A DNA stretch of 64,000 nt, taken from NCBI RefSeq assembly GCF_009914755.1, contig NC_060938.1. One strand, written 5' to 3'. This stretch comes from the human T2T-CHM13v2.0 reference genome, Homo sapiens. The position numbers were made by a program, and so were the translations under genes. Below the pieces are notes generated by a model that searched no databases, was not told where the DNA came from, and was given only the letters and a program-made list of their open reading frames with translations. Positions 26,621 through 40,703 of this stretch are shown piece after piece (the stretch's first letter is position 1; each line of letters begins with the position of its first letter).

Positions 26621-26969
26621 CTTCGCTTACGATGTTTATATAAACTTTGTTTCATTGTTATTATGTATCTTATATACTTTATAAATGTATATGCAGTTGT
26701 AAGCAACAATTATTGGTTTTAACTTTAAAGCTTTCTTCTGAGGTAAGATACACAATTGTACAATTTATAATTTAAAATTAGTTTTGTGATATTATAAATG
26801 TCAAAACTTGTCTTTCAAATAAGATTATTTCCCTGTACTATCTCCTAAACTCAGTAAATTATTTCCTAGTTTCTAGATACCCAAAAGTGTACTGAGTTAA
26901 GTAGATTTCTGAGTTACTTTGATAAAGAATAGACTTAATAGGAGATAACGCAAATGATGTTATAAATTA

Positions 26970-27195
26970 TAACCAGCTTGTGTGGAATACTTAATATGTG
27001 CCAGGCCCTGGTCAAAGCACTTAAGATTGATTATATTGGTTAAACTTAATCTTCTGTGGTAGTTAATGTCATCATCCCCATCTTGTAAATAAGGAAAAGT
27101 ATTTAGAAAGGTCAAGTTATTTCCCAAGGTCACACATACCGAAAATATTAAAGCAGCCTTCAAAACTGGGTATTCTGGCTTTAGAGTACATGCTG
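26970..27195 (-). mobile_element. MIR SINE
   Basis: tatgtgccaggc...atccccatcttgtaaataagg...cccaaggtcacac. Confidence 0.85.
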
Positions 27196-28984
27196 AAATA
27201 TTAACATGTGCTGAATATAGTCAAGATAAAAGTCTTCTAGGGCTCAGATAAGATATGCTAGTCAAGTTACTACCTATAGAAAGTCTTAGCTTGTGTTAAC
27301 TGTGATGTGAGGGGCAACTTAAAGCTGTGGGTAGATTCTAACAGGGTTGAATATTTATTTCTAACGAGGTGTATTCATCTTTCCCTTCAGTAGACAATAG
27401 CATTGAAGCGGCTGTTCAAAATGACAGTTTCAGTGAAATGGGTCTTGGATAGGCTGGGAGGAGTGACTTAGCAAACTCCAGAGATGCAGGGTCATGTTTA
27501 TTTAGTGTATAGGATAGTTCAGAAATCAAAATCTGCATTATTCCTCAGATTTGGGTCAGCCTGATTTTAGACTAGACCAATCAAACCAGTGGGGAATCTT
27601 TGGAGGACATTTTCAATAAATTAATTTTGGAGAAATTTCTTGAAAATAGTATAGTGTCTAGAGTTGTATTAAAAATGTATAACACCATGCTAGTAGTTGC
27701 CTCATGTAATTTTCCTGCTCAAATTGCCATATTTTGCTCTTCAAGGTTTCTTGCCTAATACCAGTTGATGTGCATCTGAATAATACAAACACTTCAAAAT
27801 GTAATTTGTTTACATTAATATTTCATGCAATGCAGGTGTGTATAAAAAGTTACCAAAGAAAACTAAGTTAGCAATGTGTTTTAAGGATTAGGGATTCAAG
27901 AACATGGTAAATATCCATGGAAAGTTCCTAGTTATATGCACTTAAAAATTACAGTAGAGTCCTCCAGTAGGGTAGTCTAATCTCCAGGTATTGGCTTTGG
28001 GTTTAATTAGGATATAAATTCGAGTTTATTGCCTTGCAGCACAAATGTCTGGTCTACTTCCCTTTTGAGAGCAGGACTAGAAAGAGGCTTCTTATTTGCT
28101 TAAATTTAGAAGGTAGTAAATTTATTAGTAATGAAGCATGCACATATTAACAGTGAGAGGAGGGAAGTGGCAACCTACCTAAGGCCTATCTGAGAAAGAG
28201 ATAATACAAACATGCTTCAAGGACTAAATGCTGAAGGGTCTGAAATACCTTAAAGCCTAGCGACAAAGGTAATGATACGTCTGGCTACTTCTTTGTGAAA
28301 ATTGGGGCTTACCAATATCCACACTGTCCCCCAGTAAGTTTTTCTTTGTTTCTTTAGTAGGAATTCATTACCACTACCATTAAATGCATTCCTACTAAAA
28401 ATTAGGGAGACAGACACATATTTTGAGATTGAGATTTTAAAGTGTTTGCATTTAATGACACTTAAAAGTTACAGTTTTATTTATTTTTAAACCTGTCAGT
28501 GTCGATTTATTTCTTTGTGTTTTAAAAATTCAGTTATGTTTTACAAACCTGCAATATTTTATACCAATTACTAATAAACATCTTAGAAAAGGCAACAGTA
28601 AATCAATATTTAATTATTTAAGTAGGACTGTTATTAATTTGATACTATATAAAGGCAGAAGGAAAGAAATGCCTAATATTACCTTCATTTTCTATATTTT
28701 CATTATAGATGTGAGTCAGTTTTATATTTTAATAAAGATATCTTGACATTTGTGACATGTAAGTTTATGATAGAATAGTTTTTCTTAATAGAAAATGTGT
28801 TTCTTCGTTAACAATTTTTGTCAAGAAGTGGCTGTTTGATTTTCTAAATCAGAATCTAGTGGTTTCTTCTGGAGTATTCTCTGTACATACACTGATAAAA
28901 AAAAGTTTGAAATTTAAAATCTAAATAAAAAATAGTTAATGCAGGATTGAAAATAGTTAATTTTAATCAATTCAGAGAGACTCA

Positions 28985-29080
28985 ATTAGTCAACAGATGT
29001 CTGTGGTGCACACACTATGTTTCAGAAATGAAGTAATGTGTTAGAGACGTGTCCCTGCCTTCATGGAGCTGGCCTTGTAG
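28985..29080 (-). mobile_element. L2 fragment
   Basis: gtccctgccttcatggagct. Confidence 0.55.
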
Positions 29081-31089
29081 AATATCTATTTGTCACAGGT
29101 ATTTCTTCCAGTAGTAATAAAACAAGGATTTGTATGTCTTATAATATACAACTGTTCAATAAATGTCCTGCATTGCATAATGTAAAAGTAGTTGAGACAT
29201 TTCAAATTACCCTTTTCTTAAGGCATATTGGTGCCATGGAAGATTGAAATTACCTAAGCCTATTACAGAACTTTTTACAATTTTGAGACAATGGCAGTAT
29301 TAAAATGTACAAATAGCATTCTGTAAGGATTAAATGTGTGAACATAATTTACAGCCTTGGAAAATTCAATGTTTTCTTGATTTTCTGAAGTAGCATGGTG
29401 TACAATGATCCCAGGTGACATCAGTGTGCTCAGTGATAGATAAGAAGATGATAAGTGCGTACTAAGAGAAATTGTGGTGTATTTTGATGATGTGGTCAAT
29501 TACTTGACCTTTATGAATATTCATGGAATAATTGGTTTTATTTAATAAGTCCATTTGTGAAAATTGCCACTGCTGCACATTGGTTCTTATCAGAAGAATT
29601 TTTTCTTTGAGAGATTACACGTTATGTATCAAACTACCAATTAATGTAATTTGTTTAGAGCTGTTTTTCTTTGTTTACCATCAAGGCATTCGCTATCAAA
29701 GGTGAGTGGTAAAGTATCAAGCCAAAAATTTGTTGTGTGGCTATCCCAACAACTTAAACAAAGGGAGTAAGAGAGAACATATGTGTTACATTTACCCAGA
29801 TATTTCCTTTAACTGAAGCTTTTAAACTAAGATTGATAGAAAACAGTGTTTAGGAAGAAATAATGCATACTGATTTATATAAAATGCTATTCACTGTATT
29901 TTTCTTTTTGTATTAGCTTTAATGAATAGATATGCCTTTTTATTTTGTGGTACCCCACCATTAAATGATACCATCACTTTTTTTTTCTGCCTAAATAAAT
30001 TCAAATTCTTGTCACCTGCTAGCTGTACAGGAAGATTTGAAACATTATTCCTGATTGAGATTTTTACTGAATATCTTTTAAAGATAAATTTGTTTTATTC
30101 TTTTACCCACTATTTAAAAGGGTTTTCACATTTTTATCTTCTAAAGGAATTGTCAATGAGAAACTAAAACTGCATAGACTATACATTAAAATCACTTTAG
30201 TTTTTAAGCTGTCATGAACTGTTTCAAAAAATGCTAAGTTGCTATTGTTTAATGTCTGTCATTTTATAATGCTTTAGAAGTTATCTATCCTGTAAAATTA
30301 TTAACTGATGCTAAAATTGCCTTGTAAGTATTAGGACAATAGCAATTTTGTAACAGCTGGGGACACTGCCAATGTAAGATAAGTACATTTTGCTCTGTAG
30401 ATTCATAAAGTGCTTTGAAATGGTTTGTAACTGATGGATGGATGCATTTTCTAAGTGTAGAAAGCAATATTTTGTAGAAGGAAATGGCTTGAAAGCTGAC
30501 ACACATGCATGCAAATGCCATTCTCTTCAGTAAGTAATTTGCTTTTTCTTTCAAAAGCATAAATGGCATAGTTAGACACATTATTTTGTATATTGCACAT
30601 AACAATACAAGATGCACAAAAACAGCAAGTACAAAACATTTCATATTGATAGAAGAACCCATGGCTGTGGTATATGATTAGCATAAATGTATACACACTG
30701 AAGTAATGCCTTCAGGATTAAAAAGTGAAACTGAAAAAAAATGGGAAAGTTCTACTAAACTTCAGGAAATGACAACATATATTATGCTTTCTGTCTTTTA
30801 ATTTAATTTTGCTTCTTGATTGGAATACTGTGAATCTCATTTTAATTGGATATATTTTCCTTAAAGCACTAAATATTAATTATGTTGCCAATGCAAGCTT
30901 ACAAAGCAATCACGTTGTTGTGCGTACCTGCTTAGTATGGCTAACAGTTTTCTTTCTTTTTCTTTTTTTTTTTTTAAATAAAAGTCAACAGCATCTTTCC
31001 TACATAAAAAGTGCATAGGACTGGTTTGTATCCACTCAAAATTGTTCTGTAACCTAAATTGGATGTTTCAATTCTTTTAAAAAATATAG

Positions 31090-31160
31090 TTGCTGATGTA
31101 TCTTCAGTATCTAGGAACAATTGGCTGAGGGTGTGACCAATAAATATTTGTATTATAAAT
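31090..31160 (+). mobile_element. L2 3' tail fragment
   Basis: gtatcttcagtatctagg...caataaatatttg. Confidence 0.5.
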
Positions 31161-31237
31161 TTCTCAAAGCATTTGCAAGAAAGACCAAGTTTGAATTGAA
31201 TGTTTTTCAGAGACACTTTATTTTAAAACCACTCCTG

Positions 31238-31544
31238 GGCCAGGCGTGGTGGCTCACGCCTGTAACCCCAGCACTTTAGGAGGCTGAGGCGGGCAGATCA
31301 CGAGGTCAGGAGGTTGAGACCAGCCTGGCCAATATGGTGAAACCCCATCTCTACTAAAAATACAAAATTAGCTGAGCATGGTGGTGAATGCCTGTAATCT
31401 CAGCTACTCGGGAGGCTGAGGCAGGAGAATTGCTTGAACCTGGGAGGCAGAGGTTGCAGTGAGCCAAGTTGTGCCACTGCACTCCAGCCTGGGCGACAGA
31501 GCGAGATTCTGTGTCAGAAAAACACAAAAATCAGCAACAAAAAA
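31238..31544 (+). mobile_element. AluS (Sg-like)
   Basis: full dimer with degenerate A tail. Confidence 0.96.
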
Positions 31545-31566
31545 CACTCTTAGCACCTCTGTACTT

Positions 31567-31690
31567 GTTGAAGAACACAGGCTTTAGACCCAGGTTGATC
31601 AGGTTTGAATCCTGATATAAACATGTCTTAGCTGTGTAAACTTAGGCCAGTCTTCAGTTCCTGTTTGCTGTATCAATATAGAGTTATCTC
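31567..31690 (+). mobile_element. MIR fragment
   Basis: caggctttagac...ggtttgaatcctg...tagctgtgt. Confidence 0.65.
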
Positions 31691-32959
31691 TATTATTGAA
31701 GATATCCTCAGATTCTTCTTGATTTTGACACTTTCTGTGTGAATCACTTAGACAAACTTCACTCAGTAATGGGAATTGAGTAGAAAGAGAAAATCATGCC
31801 TTCAAACTTAAGTAAAGCATATTAGAAGTAAAGTAAGTATACTTGTATGATTTTGAAATAGCTACATTATTTAATGCTTAAAAACTTTATGTTTTATTTT
31901 ATTTGTACAATTTCTCATTTTACTTGGCTATACTTTTCACTGTTGGTGGGAGGGTCTGTGATTATACATATAGTTTTAGTTAAAGCTGTTCTACTTGGTG
32001 TTTATGATACCACTAGTGTTAATTAGAATAGTTTTCTTTCAAATCCCCTGTGAGAAATCCTCTGTGACAAAGGCATTTTTCTGACTAACTTCATAGCAAA
32101 TGGGGATCATATAAATTTCATTACTATAAACCTAAAGCTCCTCATAAAGTATCAAAGGCATTAGTGACATATCTGATTACGGTCTTGGAGACGGGGCCAC
32201 ATCCTATTTTTTCTGTCATCGGTATGTATGGATTTACTCAGGAATAATGTGCTTTTCTGCTGCTCATCTTTTTTTCTCTTGAGGAAATTTCCCCAATAGT
32301 GAAAGATTACATTTCTCTCACAGTAGCTTTTTAGACTTTTCATCTCTAAAGCCTGCTACTTACAGGCCAAACTCCTTGGGTATTTATATACTGTAACCAA
32401 CCATAGGCAGGCTTTTGGCACACTTATCCTATTATTGATACTTTTTATCCTCTATCATTTTCTGAACAAATCTACTAGAACAAGATAAATTTGTTCACAC
32501 CTTTTTTTTTTAACTTTGAGTCCACAGACTGGAAGTGCCTTTGGAATAAACTGCAAGGACACGATATAAACCTTTAGCCCATGCTTATATACAACCTTTC
32601 ACCATGGTGTGAGCGGGTGTTGGTAAGAAGCTTAATGGCAGATGTCGTAGTGGGATAAACTAATTTCACATTCTTCCATCCCTTCTCTTTAAGTCATGCC
32701 ATACAAATTAATGTTTCTTTTGTATCAGTTGGATAAATAACTCTCTTCTATGAACAACAGGAAGATAAACATTTTTCTATATGCTGTCTATAAGATCTTA
32801 ATTATAACATATTTGTAGAAGCCTTAACTTGCAAACTGCTCTGTATTTACTTCCAGAAATTAAAAAAAAAATTTTAGGAAATACAGTGCCACAAACAAAA
32901 ATAACCTCCAACATTAAATAATTTGTAACCAACCTGGTAATTTTACTCAAAAATATATC

Positions 32960-33865
32960 TTGGAAATGTTTCTTATTAATGCACATGACATGGTTCTACT
33001 TCATTCTTTTTGACTGGTGCACGGGGTTTCATAATATGGATAGGTGATCATTTATTTGCCATACCCATGTTGATGAATAGTTAGGTTTTTTGCAATTTTG
33101 TGCTACAATGCTTGTATTCGTTCATTCTCATCCTGCTATGAAGAAATACCTGAGACAGAGAAATTTATTTAAAAAAAGAGGTTTAATTGACTCACTGTTC
33201 CACATGGCTGGGGAGGCCTCAGGAAACTTACAATCATGGTGGAAGGGGAAGTAAATATGTCCTTCACATGGTGGCAGGAGAGAGAAGTGACAAGTAAAAG
33301 GGGGAAAACCCCTTTATAAAACCATCAGATCTTATGAGAACTCGCTCACTATTACAGGAACAGCATGGAGGTAACCACCCCCATGATACAATTACCTCTC
33401 ACCGGGTCCTTCCCATGACATGTGGGGATTATGGGAACTACAATTCAAGATGAGATTTTGGTGGGGACACAGCCGAACCATTTCAATGCTACAGTGAACA
33501 TCCTCATATACATCCTCTTGTATATAAGTATGGTCTTTTCTTTAGGGAGAATAAAAAAGTTTGCTGGGTGATACAGAGTCTCCCAAATGGAACTTTCAAT
33601 TTATGCTCTCACACTTAGTGTAATACTGTACTCATTTCCCCATCTTTTAGCCAAACTGAACGAAATCAATGTTTTAATTCCTGCCACCCTGATTTTAGGT
33701 TAAGAGAGGTCCTCTTTATGGTTTTATTTCATATTTTCCTGTTTACTGTGGGTTTGATCATCTTTCATATATTTATTTGTCATTTATGTTGACTCTTTTG
33801 CTAATTTCCTGTTCACAAAATTTGTATATGTTCTGTATTTATTATTATCTTTTTCCTTACTATTT
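32960..33865 (-). mobile_element. old L1M(E) fragment interrupted by THE1
   Basis: gttgatgaatagttaggttttttgcaatttt...atgctacagtgaacatcct reads continuously across the LTR. Confidence 0.7.
33113..33485 (-). mobile_element. THE1C-like MaLR solo LTR
   Basis: matches recalled THE1C; perfect 5-bp TSD atgct at 33108-33112 and 33486-33490. Confidence 0.93.
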
Positions 33866-33879
33866 ATAGGGTGGCCTGT

Positions 33880-34190
33880 TAAAAATTTTTGAGTGCTGAC
33901 ATGATGCTGCAAGTGGAAGATTCCACACCTGACTTTATGTGACAGGTCACACTGAAAACTCAGTCAACACATTTTTCATACACAAAATTATTAAGAAGAA
34001 TATTGTATAAATTTACCTTCATGCTAAGAATATGAGGTGTATATGAAACATAGATGAATTTTGTGTTCACCTTGAATTCCATTCCTAAAATATCTAATTA
34101 TGCATATGTAAATATTCCAAAATCTGAAACAAATAAAAATCAGAACCACTTCTGGGCCCAAACATTTCAGATAAAGGATATTTAACCTGT
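33880..34190 (+). mobile_element. Tigger4b (MER46B)-like, lacking 5' TIR
   Basis: tttgagtgctgacatgatg...aagtggaagattccacacctga...ttcagataaaggatatttaacctg|ta. Confidence 0.85.
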
Positions 34191-35141
34191 ATTCAATTGT
34201 AGATCTTTATTATTTGATGAAATGTCCTTTCAACTTTGGTAAAAATAGGTCCTATTAAATCATATAGACAGGATTTCATTTGCAAGATAGAATTGAATTC
34301 TATGCCTTTCAAAACTTATCTAAAGCGTATTTCCATGAAAAATATATTTGAACATTTAAATGTTTAATATTTACACCCTCCAACCATTTACAAATACTTT
34401 AAATTTTGTCTTTTAATTATGCCAGTCTTTTAGAGAGATTTCTGTGTGGATTGAAATCTTTTGGTCACAGTCATCTGAATTGAGCTCAATTATTTTTTAA
34501 AAGTCCTGCAAAAGGTCTTACTTTGATATTATAATTGTAACACCTGTAGAAAAGTTATAGTTATGTTTATTCTATCATAATTTTAAAGTTTATGATCACC
34601 AGCATGGGAACTGGTTCCCAAATCTTGCTACCAGAAATAAATATACATTTTCTAAATAATTGCTTGTTAAAAAGTATCCACTGTATAGTTTCTTTCTTTG
34701 CATTGGCTGTCACAAAGCTCAGACCAAAATTAATAGCACATCAGAAAATTGGTTCAAAGAAATGATTAACATCCCAAATGTATGTCAAGTTTCATAAACT
34801 TTATTTTTTGTACATTTATTTCCCCTATGATCTAATCTTTTTCTTTGCTTTTAAAATTATGTATAATATATAATTATATATATAGTTATATGTAATTATA
34901 AATTATATAAGGTTTTTACTAATTAATTTTACATATACATAGATATAATCTGCTTTTAAACAGATGTTATAGTGAAATTTTCTATTGTGCTAAAGATTTA
35001 AAGCTTTGAGCTCATGTCTAAATTTTATCTGAGATAAAGTATATAAAAATAGAAAATACCTTTAACTGCTAAATATAAAACCTATAAAACAAACGGTAGT
35101 TCGCTTGTTCATTTTCCTAGTATACTTATTTATAAAACATT

Positions 35142-35251
35142 AAGACTTCTCAAGTGTAGTAGTGAGAAGAAAGAAAGAGTAGAACAAAGAATTTAATCTG
35201 TAACTAACTGTGAACAATCAACTGAGATAAATCACCAGCTTTGGACCAGCC
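35142..35251 (-). pseudogene. RNY1P: full-length Y1 RNA (RNY1) retropseudogene
   Basis: reverse complement GGCTGGTCCAAAGCTGGTGATTTATCTCAGTTGATTGTTCACAGTTAGTTACAGAT...CTCACTACTACACTTGAGAAGTCTT aligns end to end with recalled hY1. Confidence 0.93.
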
Positions 35252-35497
35252 TATAGTTACTTTTCAATGCCATGTTAATAAGAGTTTATAAAATGTCCAA
35301 GGTTTGTGTTCATTGAAGCTATAAAACTGACTAAAAATTTTGTTATGGAGCTTTCTTCCACAAAATACACTGGACCAGTTACCATTTTTTAAATTAATAT
35401 TTTAGTAAAAGTATATAAATCAACTTATTAATAAATAATGTTTAAGGTAATGATTTGCAGTGATGAGAAATAGATTTTAAAACTGGTTACTGTAGGT

Positions 35498-35936
35498 AGT
35501 TATGCATTGAATTGTGTCCCACAAAAAGATACATTCAAATCCTGAACCCCAGCACTTATAAATGTGACCTTAATTGAGTATAAGGTCTTTGCAGATGTAA
35601 TCAAGTTGAGGTCATACTGGATTGGAATGAGCCCTAATCCAATGACTAGTCTCCTTATAAGAAGAGGAAATTTGTCACAGACACAAGGAGAACACCACAT
35701 GACTACAGAGGGAAAGACAAGAGTGATGCTTCTGTAATCTAAGGAATGCTACGGGTTGCACCAGAGGCTAGAAAGAGGCAAGGCAGGATTGTGCCCTAAA
35801 GCCTTTGAAGAGGGCATGGGTCAACACCTTGATTTGGGACTTCTAGCCTCCAGAATTGGTAGACAATAAATTTCTGTTACTATGAGTGATCCAGGTTTGT
35901 AGTAATTTGTTGTAGCAGTACTAGAAAAGTAATACA
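35498..35936 (+). mobile_element. MLT1C-like MaLR solo LTR
   Basis: ttgaattgtgtccc...ggtctttgcagatgtaatcaag...gacttctagcctccagaa...aataaatttctgtt...taataca. Confidence 0.88.
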
Positions 35937-38199
35937 GTGGTCATTATATCTGGACAATTATATTAGAATCTAATAACTAAGAGAGACTGTATCAGGGACC
36001 AGTAATATCTTGTCTTCTCCATTTTGTTCCTATGTAAGTTAGATCAGAAAAGATGCTTGTTTGTGAATGATGACAGTAAAATGTTGAATTTTGAAATCTA
36101 TAAACATCAATTAAAAATTTAAAAATAAAGAAACTTGAGGAAGAATACTTATAGCAGAATTAAGTGCCAAAAGAGCTTCAATAAGCAATAGATTAAAAGA
36201 AATATGCAAACATAGGTTTGCAAATATGCAAACATTAGGTCAGAAACATATCTGATCCCTAAAAATTGGGGCTAATTGTTGTTTTAATTTTAAAACAGTT
36301 TTAAAACAGGGCTAATTTTAAACAGTGAGTAAGTCCTAGTGCTAATAAGGATTTTGTCCATAACATAACAAAAATAATTTACCTTATTTGTAGCTCTGCA
36401 TTGATATTTTAAAAATTGACAAAGCTGCTCTTTACTTTCAATTGACTTGTTAAGAGATTATTACATTTTTCACTGAATCATTGAAGTCCAAAAAGCTGTC
36501 ATGGGCCATTCTCTAATTAAATGTTATAAATGCAATTCTGTTACTTAAGTAAGGAACTGCATTGCTTTATGACTGACAATGTCAATATTCAAACAACCTT
36601 AATTACTTCTGAAAGACTGATGCTATTGGGCTTTTAAAGGAATTAATTTAAGGAAGCATGAGTCTCTCACTGACTACTAGAGTATGGTAGTAGCTATCAA
36701 CGAGATAATACATAGTAGAGGATTAATTAGCTTTTATTTTCCAGGTATAGAGGTTATTGCAATCTTTTGTAATTGTATATAACTACCTTGGAAAGGTGAT
36801 TTTGTCACTTTGTAACTATATAATTTTTATGTTCAAGATGGCTTTTATTTCCCTAACAATTTATGTGAGATGTGCCACAATCGTTCTTTGCCTCGAGTAC
36901 TTTTACCTTTTTCTTCACAATGCATCTCAGCCATAAAACTCATTAATCAAATTAGATGGAAGAAGACAAGTTTCCCATGGCTTGATCTTAACTTGTATTC
37001 ATGATGATTAATCATTGCACAACAGGGGTGAAGTCATTGGAAACATGTCAGTCTCATAGTCCACCATTTAAGTTCAAAGAGAGGAGAAATAGCAAAGTAA
37101 TGGTCAGGCAAGAAGACCTTTAAAAATGGTTCAATAGTAAGAAGACATTAAATTTTCATTAGAATGCATCAATAAATACTGTAAATTTTTCTATCTTTCT
37201 TGGAATTTCTAACTATTTTATTTCCTGCTGAGATATTTGTCACTTTCAGATGCTTTCATAAAAGTTTTACATATATACATCCAGTTTATTCATGTGGTTT
37301 TTGCATAATTTCCCTGGAAAGAATTTTACTATAAAACTGGTTAAGATATATTTTATCTTAGTACCTTACATTTATATAGCACTTGCAGATTTCAAAAGCT
37401 AATCATTCTATTCCCAAATTTGATAACTTTTTTTCTTTCTCATTTTGTGAGGAGGTCAGAGAGGAAGATTCATAGTTGAGAAGTAATTTTGAATAGATAG
37501 TAGGTTGATCCCAGTTTGAATTACTTAATATCTCTGACACAATAATATAATAAATCAAAAGCTACAGAAGATATATTTAATATCTGTGCATTTTACTATA
37601 TGTAAATTTAATTTTTAAAAATCTACACATGAAGATTTACTAATTATCTGTTCTTACTAAACTTCTGATTTGCAAGGATGAGAGATTAAAATTTATAAAT
37701 ATTATCTATTACATATTCCCATAAAATACTTTAGAAATGAAGATCTGATTTCCTTGCAGGGTTGGTATGCCATTCTGAAATAATAAATTGAGACATTTGC
37801 TCACAAAATAGAAATTACTGCAATTATTTTCATGAAGAGATCATGAAAGAGAATCACAAAGAGACCTTTGTGATATGGTACCTAGTATCTCTCTAATTTC
37901 ATTTTTTAAATGTTCCCTCTTTCTGTGCTTCCATATTATCAAACTACATTCTTACATTTATTTATTCTTTTATTTCTTCTACATGTGTCAAATGCATTAG
38001 CATCACAAAGTAACTGTCTATGCAATAGCCTTGTCTTCAAATACTCGACTTTTAGGAACTCTCTGTTGCCACTTCTCCACTGAAATTGCAGCCCAATGTT
38101 CTCTGTGTTGTTAGATTCAGGGGTCACTTCATAGTCTGTACTTTATCTTTCAGCAGAATTTAATGTGGATAACCTATACTTTGAAACAAAAAAAGTCAT

Positions 38200-39195
38200 C
38201 CCTCTGTGACACTACTTTGTTCTGATTTTCCTTTTTTTCACCCTTTATCATTATTTTTTGCTAGCTCCTCCACCACTTTTTAAGTGTTTGGTGACTTTGA
38301 TTTCTCAACTGTTTGTTAGTTTCATCCTGGGACTTCTCTATCCTTGCACTTTGGAGAAGATATCTGGCATTCAAATTCCAGCCTTACCACTTACTAGCTG
38401 TGTGACTGTGGGCAAGTCTCTTAACACTTTTGTGTTTTGGTTTTATCATCTGTAAAATAAGGGTAATAATACCACATACTTTATGGAGTTATTGTATTAA
38501 ATGAGAAAATATGAACAAAATGCTGAGAATAGTGCCTGTGACTTAACATGTGTTTTATAAGTGTTAATTATGCTTATGATAAAATTTTCCCCCAGAGTAT
38601 TTTCTCTAATGGAATGGCTTCAATCCTGTATCTCTATGCTTATAAGAATCAAATTTATATTTATTTCAAATATCGCACATAGATTTCAAACAAATATTTT
38701 AATCATAAATTTGATATATCCATATGTATATGTAAAATGCATATCAAACTTTACATGTACAAAATGAAAATCTTTATATCTTCCCTTCAAATTAATGTCA
38801 CTCCCTGTTTTGACACTACCTTCAATTTGGTAGCTCCAGTAAAAAAATCTTTGGAGCTATTCTTCATTCTTTATTTTCTCTTAATTTCACATTCTATCCA
38901 TCAGCGATTCCTATTTGTTCTATTCCCCAGCAAATAGCTCAAACCCATCCATTTCTCTGAATACACATTGCTATCAGCCTAGTGAAAGTGACTATTCCTT
39001 CTTTTTTAAAATTTTACCAACAATTAAGAACTTTTTTTTTTTTTTTTTTTTTTTTTACCAACTATTGTCACATACATATAACGCATATAGACATATGGAC
39101 ACACAGAAGATACTTCTTACCTGGAGTTATATACTAGCAATATTTTCTGCTTTCACTCTTGCCCTTCTGCAGTCTATCTCTGTAAATCAGCTGTA
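38200..39195 (+). mobile_element. L2 fragment(s) with nested MIR
   Basis: caaactttacatgtacaaaa, ccatcagc, cactcttgcccttctgcagtctat. Confidence 0.6.
38350..38570 (+). mobile_element. MIR SINE
   Basis: ccacttactagctgtgtgactgtgggcaagt...tcatctgtaaaataaggg. Confidence 0.88.
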
Positions 39196-39264
39196 ATAAA
39201 AGAAAAAAATTGGAAGTGGTAGATACTTAAAGTGGCTGAATAAGTCTACTCTGAATAGGTATAT

Positions 39265-40703
39265 TTTCTTTTATTTTAAATTGACAGATAAAATTGTGTG
39301 TATTTATTATGTACAACAAGATTGTTTTGAAGTATATATATTGTAGAATGACTAAATATAGCTAATTTAACATATGAATTACTTCACATAGATACTATTT
39401 CTTTGTGGTCTGATCACTTAATACCCGCTCTCAGCATTTTTCAATAATACAATATATCATTATTAATTATAGTCACTTAGTACAACAGATTTCTTGGACT
39501 TATTTCTCTTGTCTAACTGAAATTTTGATTCCTTTGACAAACATCTTCTCAGCTCTCTCCTCTGCCACTGCCCTAGCTTCTGGTAGCCAGTATTCTACTC
39601 TCTACTTCTATAAGGTCAACTTGTTTAGATTCCACATATTAGTGAAATCATGTGGTATTTGTCTTTCTGTGCCTATTTTGCTTAACACAGTGTCCTCTAG
39701 ACTCATCCAGGTGTTCACAAATGACAACATTTCCTTCTTGTTTATGGCTGAATAGTATTCCATTGTGTATATATGTATATATAACTTTTCTGTATCTATT
39801 CATTGGTTGATGGGGACAAGCTGATTCCATATTTTGGCTACTGTAAATAATTCTATAATAAACATGGAAATGCAGATATCTCTGATAAGATTTCATTTTC
39901 TTTGGCTATATACCCAGTAGTGGGATACCTATGTCATATTGTAGCCATATTTTTAATTGTTTGGGGAACCTCCATACTGTTTTTCATAATGGCTACTCTA
40001 ATTTACATTTCCATCCAATGGGAATATCCTTTTCTCCACCTTTTCACCAACACTTGTTATATTTTGTATTTTATATGATAGACATTCTAACGTGTGAAGT
40101 AATATCTCATTGTGGTTTAAATTTTTATTTCTCTGATTAGTGATGTTGACCATTTTTTCATATACTTTTTGGCCATTTTTATGTCTTCTATTGAGAAATG
40201 TCTATTCAGGTCATTTTCCCATTTAAAATAAGCTTATGTCTTTTCTTGTTATTGAGTAGAATTCCTTGTATGTTTTGGATATTAACTCCTTTTAAGATGT
40301 ATAGTTTGCAAATATTTTGTTATATTGTATGAGTTGTCTCTTCATTCTGTTGATCATTTCCTTTGTTTTGCAGATTTTTAATTGGATGTAATTCCATTTC
40401 TCTATTTTTTCTTTTGTTGTCTGTGCTTTTGGGGTCATATTCAAAAACCGCCCAGACCAATGTCATTGACGTTTTCCCCTAAGTTTTCTTCTAGAAGTTT
40501 AATAGTTTTGTGTCTTAAATTCCAGCCTTTATTCTATTTTGAATTGATTTTTCTGTATGGTAAGAGATAAGGGTATAATTTCATTTTTCTGCATGTAGAT
40601 ATTCACTATTCATTGAAGAGATTGTCCTTTCCTCATTGTATGTTTTTGGCACCTTTGTTGAAATCAGTTGAGTGTAAATGCATGGATTCATTTCTGGTCT
40701 CCT
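39265..40703 (-). mobile_element. L1MA (MA5-7-like) 3' ~1.4 kb
   Basis: aattgacagataaaattgtg...tgtacaac...gtctaactgaaattttg 3'UTR followed by ORF2 remnants. Confidence 0.9.

Noticed and set aside
27372-27452. Acceptor followed by DNSIEAAVQNDSFSEMGLG*
   Set aside because: Too short, not recognised, and without donor or polyA support.
30285-30696. Three overlapping minus-strand ORFs (up to 125 aa)
   Set aside because: No recognisable domain or splice context; composition fits AT-rich non-coding DNA.
36728-36750. Recursive-splice-like ttttattttccag|gtatag
   Set aside because: The reconstituted donor GTATAG is a poor match to GTRAGT.
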